From assembly GCA_001796515.1 (NCBI GenBank), contig MGMS01000054.1, positions 19,481 through 83,480 on the forward strand: DNA of 64,000 nt, written 5' to 3'. Below are positions 27,652-35,321 of the stretch, piece by piece. A model generated the notes under the pieces. The model made no database searches and was not told the DNA's origin. It worked only from the letters and a program-made list of their open reading frames with translations. Source of the DNA: Chloroflexi bacterium RBG_13_51_36. GTDB taxonomy: Bacteria > Chloroflexota > Dehalococcoidia > GIF9 > AB-539-J10. The translations under genes and the position numbers were made by a program. Each line of letters opens with the position of its first letter. Position 1 is the first letter of the stretch.

Positions 27652-27676
27652 TTCCTATTACTGATGGGTGATTGAC
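27652..27676 (+). promoter_or_regulatory. 25-nt box TTCCTATTACTGATGGGTGATTGAC upstream of pilin 2
   Basis: Identical copy of 26514-26538. Confidence 0.5.
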
Positions 27677-27700
27677 AGCAATGAAGATACACGATAGTGT
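27672..27700 (+). promoter_or_regulatory. putative pilin-2 promoter TTGACA-N17-TAGTGT
   Basis: Hexamers read from the sequence. The -35 lies inside the conserved box. Confidence 0.35.
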
Positions 27701-27761
27701 ATCGTATGAAGATGAATCACTGGAGCCGCATCTGAAGGGAAATGAAGGAGGTGGAAAAGGA

Positions 27762-28148
27762 ATGAAATTTGTGCACCATGTGGAGAAAGGCTTCACCCTG
27801 ATTGAGCTGCTTATCGTGGTGGCTATTCTGGGCATTCTGGCCGCCGTGGTTATCCCCAACATCGCTGGCTTTATGATTACCGGGCAACTGTCGGCAGCCA
27901 ACACTGAGGCGGAACAGGTGAAAACGGGAGCACTGGGCTACTTCGGTGAGTATGGCGTGTGGCCCGCCGATTCAAGTATTCTGGTGCCCAACTACGTTTC
28001 AGGAACACCTAAAGCTACCTACACTATCGACTCCAATTCTGGGTGGTTACTAAGTGTCAACGCCTGCAACTGGACCGGTGCCATCACGTTTCAGGGGGGC
28101 ACACCGGGCCCCGCTGGGAGTCACGGAAAGTGGATAAGAACGCCATAG
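27762..28148 (+). CDS. type IV major pilin, tandem paralog
   Basis: MKFVHHVEKG / FTLIELLIVVAILGILAAVVIP. GAAGGAGGTGG lies upstream of the ATG at 27762, so the track ORF start at 27672 is an upstream extension. The N-terminal two thirds are near-identical to pilin 1, and the C-terminal third diverges. Confidence 0.9.
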   Translation: MKFVHHVEKGFTLIELLIVVAILGILAAVVIPNIAGFMITGQLSAANTEAEQVKTGALGYFGEYGVWPADSSILVPNYVSGTPKATYTIDSNSGWLLSVNACNWTGAITFQGGTPGPAGSHGKWIRTP

Positions 28149-28257
28149 GGAAGAGAGATTACACAGGTAACCTGGATTAAGGTATCTGCGGAGTCTCCTA
28201 AAGGTGCTCCGCTCGCAGTCATTCTCATAGATAAGTAGCCAGGGGGCCCCGTCGCTC

Positions 28258-28557
28258 GTCATCGCGAGGCGCACCAGTCAGTCAAAGCAGTCTCCCACAC
28301 GAAAGCATAAATTAGGAGTTCCCTCACTCCGTGGAATGTAGCGCGAGGCTTCGGTCTCGCGCAATGACGACATCGCACGACCTCAGAAGGTCGCACTACT
28401 GTAATTGCGGAGATAAGCCCTTTTTATCCTCCTTACCTTAGGGGGGAGATTCAAGATGAGATTGGCACGTTGGGCTCGCAATGACATACGTGCACCTGTC
28501 GATGTGACGCACTTCTTCCCTCTTTTTTTGCGTGGCACGATAGTCTGAAGCAATCCC
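28258..28557. repeat. cluster of family A units with one family B hairpin
   Basis: Family A units are 28258-28294 gtcatcgcgaggcgcaccagtcagtcaaagcagtctc, 28333-28369 ...ggtctcgcgcaatgacg, 28458-28486 gagattggcacgttgggctcgcaatgaca and 28528-28557 ...gtctgaagcaatccc. The family B hairpin is 28418-28450. Confidence 0.6.
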
Positions 28558-28882
28558 GCAATCGGCGACGTGCTAATCACCTGGCTCTCGCACCAGTGGT
28601 CCGGACAAATTCTCCGCCCAAAAGTACCAGAAGGCAAGGGATTTTCCCTTCGGTGACGACTAATATTATTACAAAGGTACTAGCCCATTAGTCGTGTGAT
28701 GAAGATAGAAAGCTTTGCTGGGAATGACCGGCGAGTGGTAACAGCGCCGGATGCAGGAGATTACATCTCGCTTGCAGTGATACCCTCTTTTGTCATTAGA
28801 AATCTCGCCAGGCCGGAGCAGGTGATCTCCCCGTTCCGTCTCAGCCAGCGCCACAGCCATGATGCAGCCTCACCGAGAAAAT

Positions 28883-28963
28883 GGGATTGCAGTGTACCCT
28901 TCAAGTGCTCGTAATGACACTCCTCTCCGTCATTGCGAGGCATGATAGTGCCGAGGGAATCCC
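28883..28963. repeat. family A inverted pair (imperfect 81-nt palindrome)
   Basis: gggattgcagtgtacccttcaagtgctcgtaatgaca + ctcctctc + cgtcattgcgaggcatgatagtgccgagggaatccc. Confidence 0.65.
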
Positions 28964-29016
28964 GCCGGGGCCCATTCAGAGGGATCAGACAAAGGAGACA
29001 ATGAGAATATTCATAA

Positions 29017-29188
29017 CCCCCTTACGTCCCCCTTATCATAAGGGGGACGGTCGAAACTGAGATTGCCGCGCGAGGCGCTCGCAGCGACGCCCCCCTTTTT
29101 TCTGTCTTTGCGAGGAGCGTAGCGACGAAGCAATCTCGACAGAGCCGAACGGGATTGCCATTCCCCGACAAGTCGCAGCTCGGCACAA
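29017..29188. repeat. composite: family B hairpin + three family A units
   Basis: The family B hairpin is cccccttacgtcccccttatcataagggggacgg. It is followed by gagattgccgcgcgaggcgctcgcagcgacg, gtctttgcgaggagcgtagcgacgaagcaatctc and gggattgccattccccgacaagtcgcagctcggcacaa. Confidence 0.6.
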
Positions 29189-29241
29189 TTTCCTTTGACA
29201 AGGTTTGCTAACCTATACTACAATTCGCTTGGAAGGTAGTC

Positions 29242-29484
29242 ATGCTAACAGAATACATCGAAACAGCCATGAGGAAGGCAAAATACGAAATCCTCGGTGA
29301 CGACAATACACTCTACGGATATATCCCCGGGTTTGATGGCGTTCATGCCAATGCTGAGGACCTGGAAACATGCCACAGCGAGCTGAAAGAAGTCCTGGAG
29401 GAATGGATTATGCTTGGCATATCTCGTCACTCACCGTTGCCAATTGTTGACGGAATCAAATTGGTGGTAGAGGAACCAGTTTAG
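29242..29484 (+). CDS. hicB: HicB-like antitoxin (UPF0150 family)
   Basis: 80 aa. The sequence ...YGYIPGFDGVHANAEDLETCHSELKEVLEEWI... follows the typical HicB N-terminal domain pattern, and a hicA-like reading frame follows. Confidence 0.6.
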   Translation: MLTEYIETAMRKAKYEILGDDNTLYGYIPGFDGVHANAEDLETCHSELKEVLEEWIMLGISRHSPLPIVDGIKLVVEEPV

Positions 29485-29486
29485 TC

Positions 29487-29702
29487 CCCCGCCTGGCACC
29501 TATAAAGAGATCTGCGCTAATCAGCTAGTTACAAACCCTAGGTTTCGAAGGCCCCTATTCTGGTGGGAAACATCAATTCATGCTCAAAGGGACGATTCGG
29601 TTGCGACTTCCTAATCCGCACAGAAGAAACGTCGGAAGAGAACTGCTCTCTAGGATCATTAGGCAGGCAGGAATAGACAAGGATAGCTGGGAAAAGCTAT
29701 AG
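29487..29702 (+). pseudogene. hicA: hicA-like toxin gene, no canonical start and in-frame TAG
   Basis: The frame reads PRLAPIKRSALIS*LQTLGFEGPYSGGKHQFMLKGTIRLRLPNPHRRNVGRELLSRIIRQAGIDKDSWEKL*, which is the HicA/YcfA pattern. An in-frame TAG sits at 29526-29528, and there is no ATG/GTG/TTG in frame upstream. Confidence 0.5.
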
Positions 29703-29730
29703 GCTGGGCTGGGCTAGTTCCTGCCAGGTT

Positions 29731-29804
29731 GATCGCAGACAGCCGAAGCAATCTCCGTGGGCCTTACCGCAAATGGAGATTGGCACGCTTAGCTCGCAAT
29801 GACA
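29731..29804. repeat. family A inverted pair
   Basis: gatcgcagacagccgaagcaatctcc ... gagattggcacgcttagctcgcaatgaca. The second unit is nearly identical to 28458-28486. Confidence 0.6.
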
Positions 29805-29909
29805 GATAGAAAGTAAAAGTGAGCAAAGGATTCGACTGTCCCCGTGCGCCTCTGGACTTTGTAGTTCGGTAGTTCGGATTCTGTTTGGACTTTGGACTTC
29901 GCCTGCCGG

Positions 29910-30977
29910 CTATAGCTTCACCTTGCCGATGAGCTTCTCCACCTCTTGGCGGTCGTTGCAGAAATCAAGCAAGGTTTTGCCACTGATGATTCCCTTAAGA
30001 TAGAGGCTGACCAGAGCTTCGTCAAGGGAAATCATGCCTATGTCTCGGTGGGTACGGATTACATTGGGTAACTGGTAGAGTTTGCCTTCACGGATGAGGC
30101 TCTTAGCTGCCGGATTGCCAAGCATAATTTCTACGGCGGCTACTCTCCCCGAGCCATCAGCCCGGGGCACAAGCACCTGACACAATGCAGCAACAAGTAG
30201 AGAAGCCAGCCGTGTCTGGGCCAGGTGGCGCTGATGGGGTGGGAACAGGTCTATTATTCTCTCCATTGCCTGACTAGCACTGGGGGCATGGCCGGTGGTC
30301 AGTATGAAGTGTCCGGTCTCAGCTACGGTAAGGACAGCATCGGCAGTATCCGGATCTCTCATCTCCCCGACCAGAATCACATCAGGATCCTGCCTTAAGA
30401 TGTGCTTTAGGGCATTAGCAAACGATAGAGTATCAGTGCCCAACTGGCGCTGGGTCACAGCACATTTAATGCTGGTGTGGACATATTCTATGGGGTCTTC
30501 AATGGTAACCACATGGCGAGTATCATTAGTATTCAAGTGCTGAATCATAGCTGCCAGGGTGGTACTTTTACCGCTGCCGGTAGGTCCAGTAATTACCACC
30601 AGTCCTCTTTGCTTCATAGCAAGCTCCTTACACAGCGGGGGCAGCTCCAGCTCATCTATGGTAGGGATTTTTGGTGGCAGCAAGCGCACGGCAAGGCTGA
30701 TAGACCCGCGCTGCTGAGCAGCATTGCATCGCAGACGCCCGACATCAGGTAACGTATATCCAAAGTCAAGCTCGAGATGGTTATGGAAGTGCTCTCTCTC
30801 CTCGGGCGTGGTTAACTGGAGAAAAGCCTCGCTTATATCCTCCGGACTCAGTGCTGCAACACCATTTGCCGGCTGTAGAGAGCCATCAATGCGAAAAGAT
30901 GCCGGGCTACCAGCAACCATATGCAAATCGCTAGCCCTTCTTGAATTACCTGTCCGAAGCAATGAAAAAACATCCAT
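29910..30977 (-). CDS. pilT: type IV pilus retraction ATPase PilT
   Basis: 355 aa with Walker A GPTGSGKSTT and the N-terminal ASDLHM..G motif, giving PilT-type length and layout. Confidence 0.85.
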   Translation of the reverse strand: MDVFSLLRTGNSRRASDLHMVAGSPASFRIDGSLQPANGVAALSPEDISEAFLQLTTPEEREHFHNHLELDFGYTLPDVGRLRCNAAQQRGSISLAVRLLPPKIPTIDELELPPLCKELAMKQRGLVVITGPTGSGKSTTLAAMIQHLNTNDTRHVVTIEDPIEYVHTSIKCAVTQRQLGTDTLSFANALKHILRQDPDVILVGEMRDPDTADAVLTVAETGHFILTTGHAPSASQAMERIIDLFPPHQRHLAQTRLASLLVAALCQVLVPRADGSGRVAAVEIMLGNPAAKSLIREGKLYQLPNVIRTHRDIGMISLDEALVSLYLKGIISGKTLLDFCNDRQEVEKLIGKVKL

Positions 30978-31370
30978 ATCTTTTACCTTTAATAGTCAAC
31001 CATATAAATCCCCACTTTTACCGCGCATTTATAGTATATTTAAGTATATTTATAATATAGTGTAAGCTTCATTCACTCTTACTGTCAATATGCCATTAGT
31101 AATAGGAATAAAGTATTAGCCTCGCCATCCACCCTTCCCACAAATTCTGAGTTCACTTCGCTCCAAATCCTTTTGAAATGCACAATGTAATTGTAGAAGT
31201 GCAAAATGACAGAGCCAAAATCAGAAGTTTTACATCTTGAGTTATCATCTTGGCTTTTGCCCTTTGTTTTCTGAATTTCTGTGTTGTCTGGGAGTTGGTG
31301 GTTGGGCTCAGGGTTCCAGTTGCAAGAGTGAAGGAATCCCTTCACTGACGATCTTGACGACGGTGCTCCT

Positions 31371-32909
31371 TTAGTGGTAAATGCCTCTCCTGATCAAAAC
31401 AAAGCGAACTAGAGCGATGATGCCCGCCGCTGTTGCGGTTATGATAGCAATGAATCCCCATAGGGGCAGGAGTCCGGCGCGTAAGGAACGGGCTGTGGTC
31501 CAGGTGCTTCCGTTCTCTGCGCCATCTACGGCTTGCACAATCCAGTAGTAGGTGCCATAGCCCAGGCGTGTCTGCAAAGTATAGGTCGTTTCAGTTAGAC
31601 CTGTGACCGAAACGACTATAGAGGATGCGGTGACATTGGCGCTGGTCGCTATTTGCAGGCTATAGTAAACACCACTGTGATCGGATACCGCAGACCACTT
31701 GAATGTTGGCCTCGCCCCGCCTATGAGGCCCACCCGGCTCCCGTTGGCTGGTGAAATGAGTGCCGGTGTGTTCGGGGGCTCTGATTCCATGGTGAAAACG
31801 GCAGGTTGTTCAGTTTCGTTCCCCTCGGCATCTTCCGCGGTGACCTGGCGCCCGCCGTATTGGCTCTCAGGCACGGGAAAACTTGCTTCAAAGCTGCCCT
31901 GGTCATCAGTCATAGCTGTCGCTTTCTGGCTGCCATCGTACTTCACGACCACATTCTTGTTGGCGGCAAATCCATGACCGGTGGCGGTCAGGTCCATGCC
32001 TGCGTATCCTTCTTCGGGTGACAACGCAATGTCAGGCTCTATCTCGAAGAGGAGTCCGCCGATTTCTCCCTTCGGGGTCTGGTCTCCTTCGACGGTGACA
32101 CCATATGTGCCCCCGGGCATCTCCGGTACCCGGAAGCTTTCCTCCCAGTTGCCCTGGGCGTCGGCCTTTATATCCGTGACCACTCCCTCCCCGGCAAACA
32201 ATATCCTGATATTCATCTCGTTAGTCGTAAATCTCACGCCCGTCACCGTTATGCTTTCACCCACGATGCCCGATGATTTGTCTATGTTGATCCCTGGCGT
32301 CACTTTGAATATGGTATCTTGAACCTCACGAAACTTGCTCTCAGGACCCTGGGCGTCCAGCCTGTGTTCTCCCCTTGTGGAAGCAGGAATCGGGAGACTC
32401 GCCTTCCAGCTGCCCTTGCCATTCGCTGTGATATTTCCTTCTACCGTTTCGTAGCTGCCATTCAGGTAATACATCAGCGCGATGCTCTCTTCATCCTGCG
32501 CAAAACCCTGTCCTTTCACAACAACCGTAGTGCCCACAGGACCTTTTTCGGGACTTACCGTCAACCCTGGCTTCACGGTAAAGTAAGCTTCTGCTGTGTT
32601 ATCCCATACCTCGGCGTACACCCTATGGTGTCCCTTGCAGCCTTCGGGAACGGTAAAGGTGATAGTGAACTTACCATTGTCGTCGGTTCTACCAGTGGCT
32701 ATTTTTCCCCCGTCATAATAAACTGTGACATCGTCATTCTCATAAAAATTTATGCCGTCGACGGTGATCTCTGTCCCGGGGACTCCCGATTTTGGGGAGA
32801 GCTCGATAAAAGATACACCACAGGGAACGGCTTGTGCAGGCACAGCCGTCAGGGCAATGGCTATAAGGCAGACGACAAGGACGATGACCAGTCTTGACAG
32901 CAATTTCAT
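31371..32909 (-). CDS. cell-surface protein: signal peptide, four IPT/Ig-like repeats, FN3-like domain, C-terminal TM anchor
   Basis: The signal peptide is MKLLSRLVIVLVVCLIAIALTAVPAQA, so I place the start at the internal ATG 32909. Four ~85-aa repeats each carry G..F......V.YDG....T.TDD.G.F...F.VP. The C-terminal hydrophobic helix is followed by RRGIYH. Confidence 0.7.
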   Translation of the reverse strand: MKLLSRLVIVLVVCLIAIALTAVPAQAVPCGVSFIELSPKSGVPGTEITVDGINFYENDDVTVYYDGGKIATGRTDDNGKFTITFTVPEGCKGHHRVYAEVWDNTAEAYFTVKPGLTVSPEKGPVGTTVVVKGQGFAQDEESIALMYYLNGSYETVEGNITANGKGSWKASLPIPASTRGEHRLDAQGPESKFREVQDTIFKVTPGINIDKSSGIVGESITVTGVRFTTNEMNIRILFAGEGVVTDIKADAQGNWEESFRVPEMPGGTYGVTVEGDQTPKGEIGGLLFEIEPDIALSPEEGYAGMDLTATGHGFAANKNVVVKYDGSQKATAMTDDQGSFEASFPVPESQYGGRQVTAEDAEGNETEQPAVFTMESEPPNTPALISPANGSRVGLIGGARPTFKWSAVSDHSGVYYSLQIATSANVTASSIVVSVTGLTETTYTLQTRLGYGTYYWIVQAVDGAENGSTWTTARSLRAGLLPLWGFIAIITATAAGIIALVRFVLIRRGIYH

Positions 32910-33123
32910 CCCATTAGGATACCTGCTGATATTCGGTGAACTCCCTTCTTTTTGCTCCTTTATAATACGCATGTTTTCGCTATCATAGACGGAAATACCA
33001 CTGAAGAGTAAGTACTCTTGGCACTTTTGTGGCAAATTTGCCGGCAAATCCTCAACGGGGGACTTTAGCCAAAAATAAAGGCAGCTCGCTATGACTTTTG
33101 TGTCGCCATTTCTTTAATTGCCT

Positions 33124-34551
33124 TTATTTTGTTAAGGATAGCGTAAAACTGAACCCGCTCGTACTATCGGTGATAGAGGAAATCCAAACTCTCGAGAATC
33201 TGCCGATGCTTCTTAAATCTCTGGCATAAGCGAAAATTGCATTCTCACTTGAAGCTATACCTTGGATAGTTACCGAGCTACCTCCATGATTAACACTGCC
33301 CAGGTCTACCTTTTGCGCCGCCAGCCCTACAATCTGGGTCAAGTCTTCGTCAAACGTGGCACGCCCCCGCTCCATAGTAACAATTCTGGCGCTAAGCTCA
33401 TTGGCAGTAGCTTCCGTCGGCCCGATCGCCGCTCTCAATGCCGCTATGTCCCCCTGTTTTTGGGCAACGTTGCCCTGGACTTGTGCCAGCTCGGAACGCA
33501 ATTCCTCAGTATAGGCGCGATTATGCTGGACAAAAATTACGCCGAAGATAACCAGACCAATACCAAGGACAACACCAACGGGGACAATGACCCGTGCTAT
33601 AGAGAAACGCGGGGGCACATAGGCCTGGGGCAGGGCATTGAAATTCACTGATGAGAAGTTGGCTTCTCCCTTTTCTGACAGTAGTTCCTTGAAAGCCAGC
33701 CCTATATTGACCATGAATTCGTTGGGATTGAAGCCCTCGGGAAATTCCCCAGGCGCGGGCAACAGCGACACTGAATAGCCTGCCCGTCCAACCACTTCCG
33801 GCCAGGCCTCCGGTACTTCTGCCAGGTCGCCACAGACAAACACGGGCACAGTTGAATCTAAGGGCTTTTCAATGTGGGTGGAATTATAGAAGGCAACAGT
33901 TCTGTTGAATTCTTCAGTAATCAGAGACATCTTTTCCTCCAGGGATTCAGCCTCGCCGGGCAGAGATACCCTGCGGATGACCTGGGGGAGTCTGTCTGCT
34001 ATAACCATAACCTCCATGTGCTCTAGCCTGGCATTTACAATGATTGCTCTGGGCTCATTCGGGATTCGGCACAGGGCTAAAGGAGCCAGGTCCATAATAT
34101 ATGGCCTGACACCGGCCTGATGCAGCGTCTTGACCAGAGCATCAGCCAGATTGCGGGGGAAGGTGGCCAAGAAAATGCGACCTTGTCCCTCCTGGGAAGG
34201 AAGGCGCTGGTATGAAAAGTATACCTCTTCCAGAGGTGTTGGTATCGTTCTCTTTGCCTCACGCTTCACTGCCTCAGGAAGTATAGCTTCAGGTAAATCG
34301 GGCAGGGTTATAATACGATACAGAGAATCATGTCCGCTCAAAGCAGTGATAACCTTGCTTGCCTGTGCTCCTGTTTCTTTGAATATCTGTTTAACCTTGG
34401 CAGCCACCTGGGCCTCATCAACAATGAACCCCTGCTTAACAAGGCCTCGCTCCAGTGGTAAACTAGCCCACTTTTCTAAATGTCTGCCATTCATTACCAG
34501 CAGGTTAATGCTGGTATCTCTAATAAATAAGGTGGTAACTTTCTTAGCCAT
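33124..34551 (-). CDS. pilM: PilM-PilN fusion (actin-like ATPase domain + TM/coiled-coil tail)
   Basis: 475 aa. The N-terminal ~310 aa are PilM-like (LFIRDTSINLLVM...). A TM segment VIVPVGVVLGIGLVIFGVIFV and a coiled coil then follow, as in PilN. Confidence 0.7.
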   Translation of the reverse strand: MAKKVTTLFIRDTSINLLVMNGRHLEKWASLPLERGLVKQGFIVDEAQVAAKVKQIFKETGAQASKVITALSGHDSLYRIITLPDLPEAILPEAVKREAKRTIPTPLEEVYFSYQRLPSQEGQGRIFLATFPRNLADALVKTLHQAGVRPYIMDLAPLALCRIPNEPRAIIVNARLEHMEVMVIADRLPQVIRRVSLPGEAESLEEKMSLITEEFNRTVAFYNSTHIEKPLDSTVPVFVCGDLAEVPEAWPEVVGRAGYSVSLLPAPGEFPEGFNPNEFMVNIGLAFKELLSEKGEANFSSVNFNALPQAYVPPRFSIARVIVPVGVVLGIGLVIFGVIFVQHNRAYTEELRSELAQVQGNVAQKQGDIAALRAAIGPTEATANELSARIVTMERGRATFDEDLTQIVGLAAQKVDLGSVNHGGSSVTIQGIASSENAIFAYARDLRSIGRFSRVWISSITDSTSGFSFTLSLTK

Positions 34552-34557
34552 GTTTAT

Positions 34558-35097
34558 TCACCTTCTGTAAGCATAAATATCCAGCGTGATAGTAGCTTCC
34601 ATTTCTTCGCCTGTAGCTATACTTATACCTTTCACGTGGGCGCTCCACGGTAGCTCAAAACCATCGCCGGTCCTCATAGCGTAGACAAAGTCAAGTATGT
34701 TATCCATGCTACCCGAGACCTTTACCACGAATGTGGCAACAGAATAGGTGACAGCCCCTACTTTTTTATCAGCCGGCATTGACGGAGTGAGCTCGGTCAC
34801 TTGCAGATTACAGTCGCCAGCAATCTCAAATAGGTCCTCACCGTATTCAATGCTCTCTACTGATCCAGGGAATTTTGCCTGACTTGTGTTGAGCAATGAT
34901 TCGGCTTGCTCCCAGTCGTTTTCCAGGTTTGCCTCATCGGTAGTGAGCTTGCGCAAGAGAGTTTGCTGCGCCGCCAGACTGGTCCTCAACTGCTCCTGCT
35001 CTCCAGCTTGCTGAACGTAGGTCCTAACCAGACTGCCCAGGACAACAGCTAGAATGATGATTCCTATAATCAACCAGAATTTCTTACTTACTTTCAT
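34558..35097 (-). CDS. pilO: PilO-like pilus assembly protein
   Basis: 179 aa with an N-terminal TM, a coiled coil, then an alpha/beta domain. It sits immediately upstream of pilM-N in the minus-strand operon. Confidence 0.6.
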   Translation of the reverse strand: MKVSKKFWLIIGIIILAVVLGSLVRTYVQQAGEQEQLRTSLAAQQTLLRKLTTDEANLENDWEQAESLLNTSQAKFPGSVESIEYGEDLFEIAGDCNLQVTELTPSMPADKKVGAVTYSVATFVVKVSGSMDNILDFVYAMRTGDGFELPWSAHVKGISIATGEEMEATITLDIYAYRR

Positions 35098-35321
35098 AAA
35101 TTACTCTACAATCCTTTGTTTAACGATTTCGCCGTATTGCCATAACATACAAATACCAGTTTAGCTTTGCCAAAATCATCGCCCATACTATATCACCCTA
35201 TATTGCACTGTCAAGGGTTGGTGCCGGTCGGCCACACAGGTATCACCGGGAATTTGCTTGTTCGCCATGGTCGGCACCAACATGTCCATACGCAAACAAT
35301 CATCCCGCACTCTTGTCCTCA

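Noticed and set aside
27359-28943. Track ORFs in the pilin-pilT spacer: 27359-27580, 27405-27638, 27507-27692, 28050-28274, 28383-28637, 28669-28860, 28696-28914 and 28761-28943.
   Set aside because: They are composed almost entirely of family A/B repeat units, lack ribosome-binding sites, and overlap each other on both strands. They are pseudo-ORFs created by the repeats.
29526-29528. In-frame TAG in hicA as a pyrrolysine codon, prompted by the corrinoid protein and DUF1638 genes in the same window.
   Set aside because: No pylTSBCD genes and no MttB/MtbB/MtmB gene occur in the window. The hicA frame also lacks a start codon, so simple gene decay is the parsimonious reading.
27100-29905. Possible CRISPR array, given the many short repeats.
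   Set aside because: Repeat units vary in length and sequence, occur in both orientations, and are irregularly spaced with no unique spacers of constant size. No cas genes are present in the window.
31085-31345. ORF 31085-31345 (-), 86 aa, between pilT and the surface-protein gene.
   Set aside because: It has no SD and contains family C-like low-complexity sequence (gcaaaatgacagagccaaaatcag...). It is probably non-coding.
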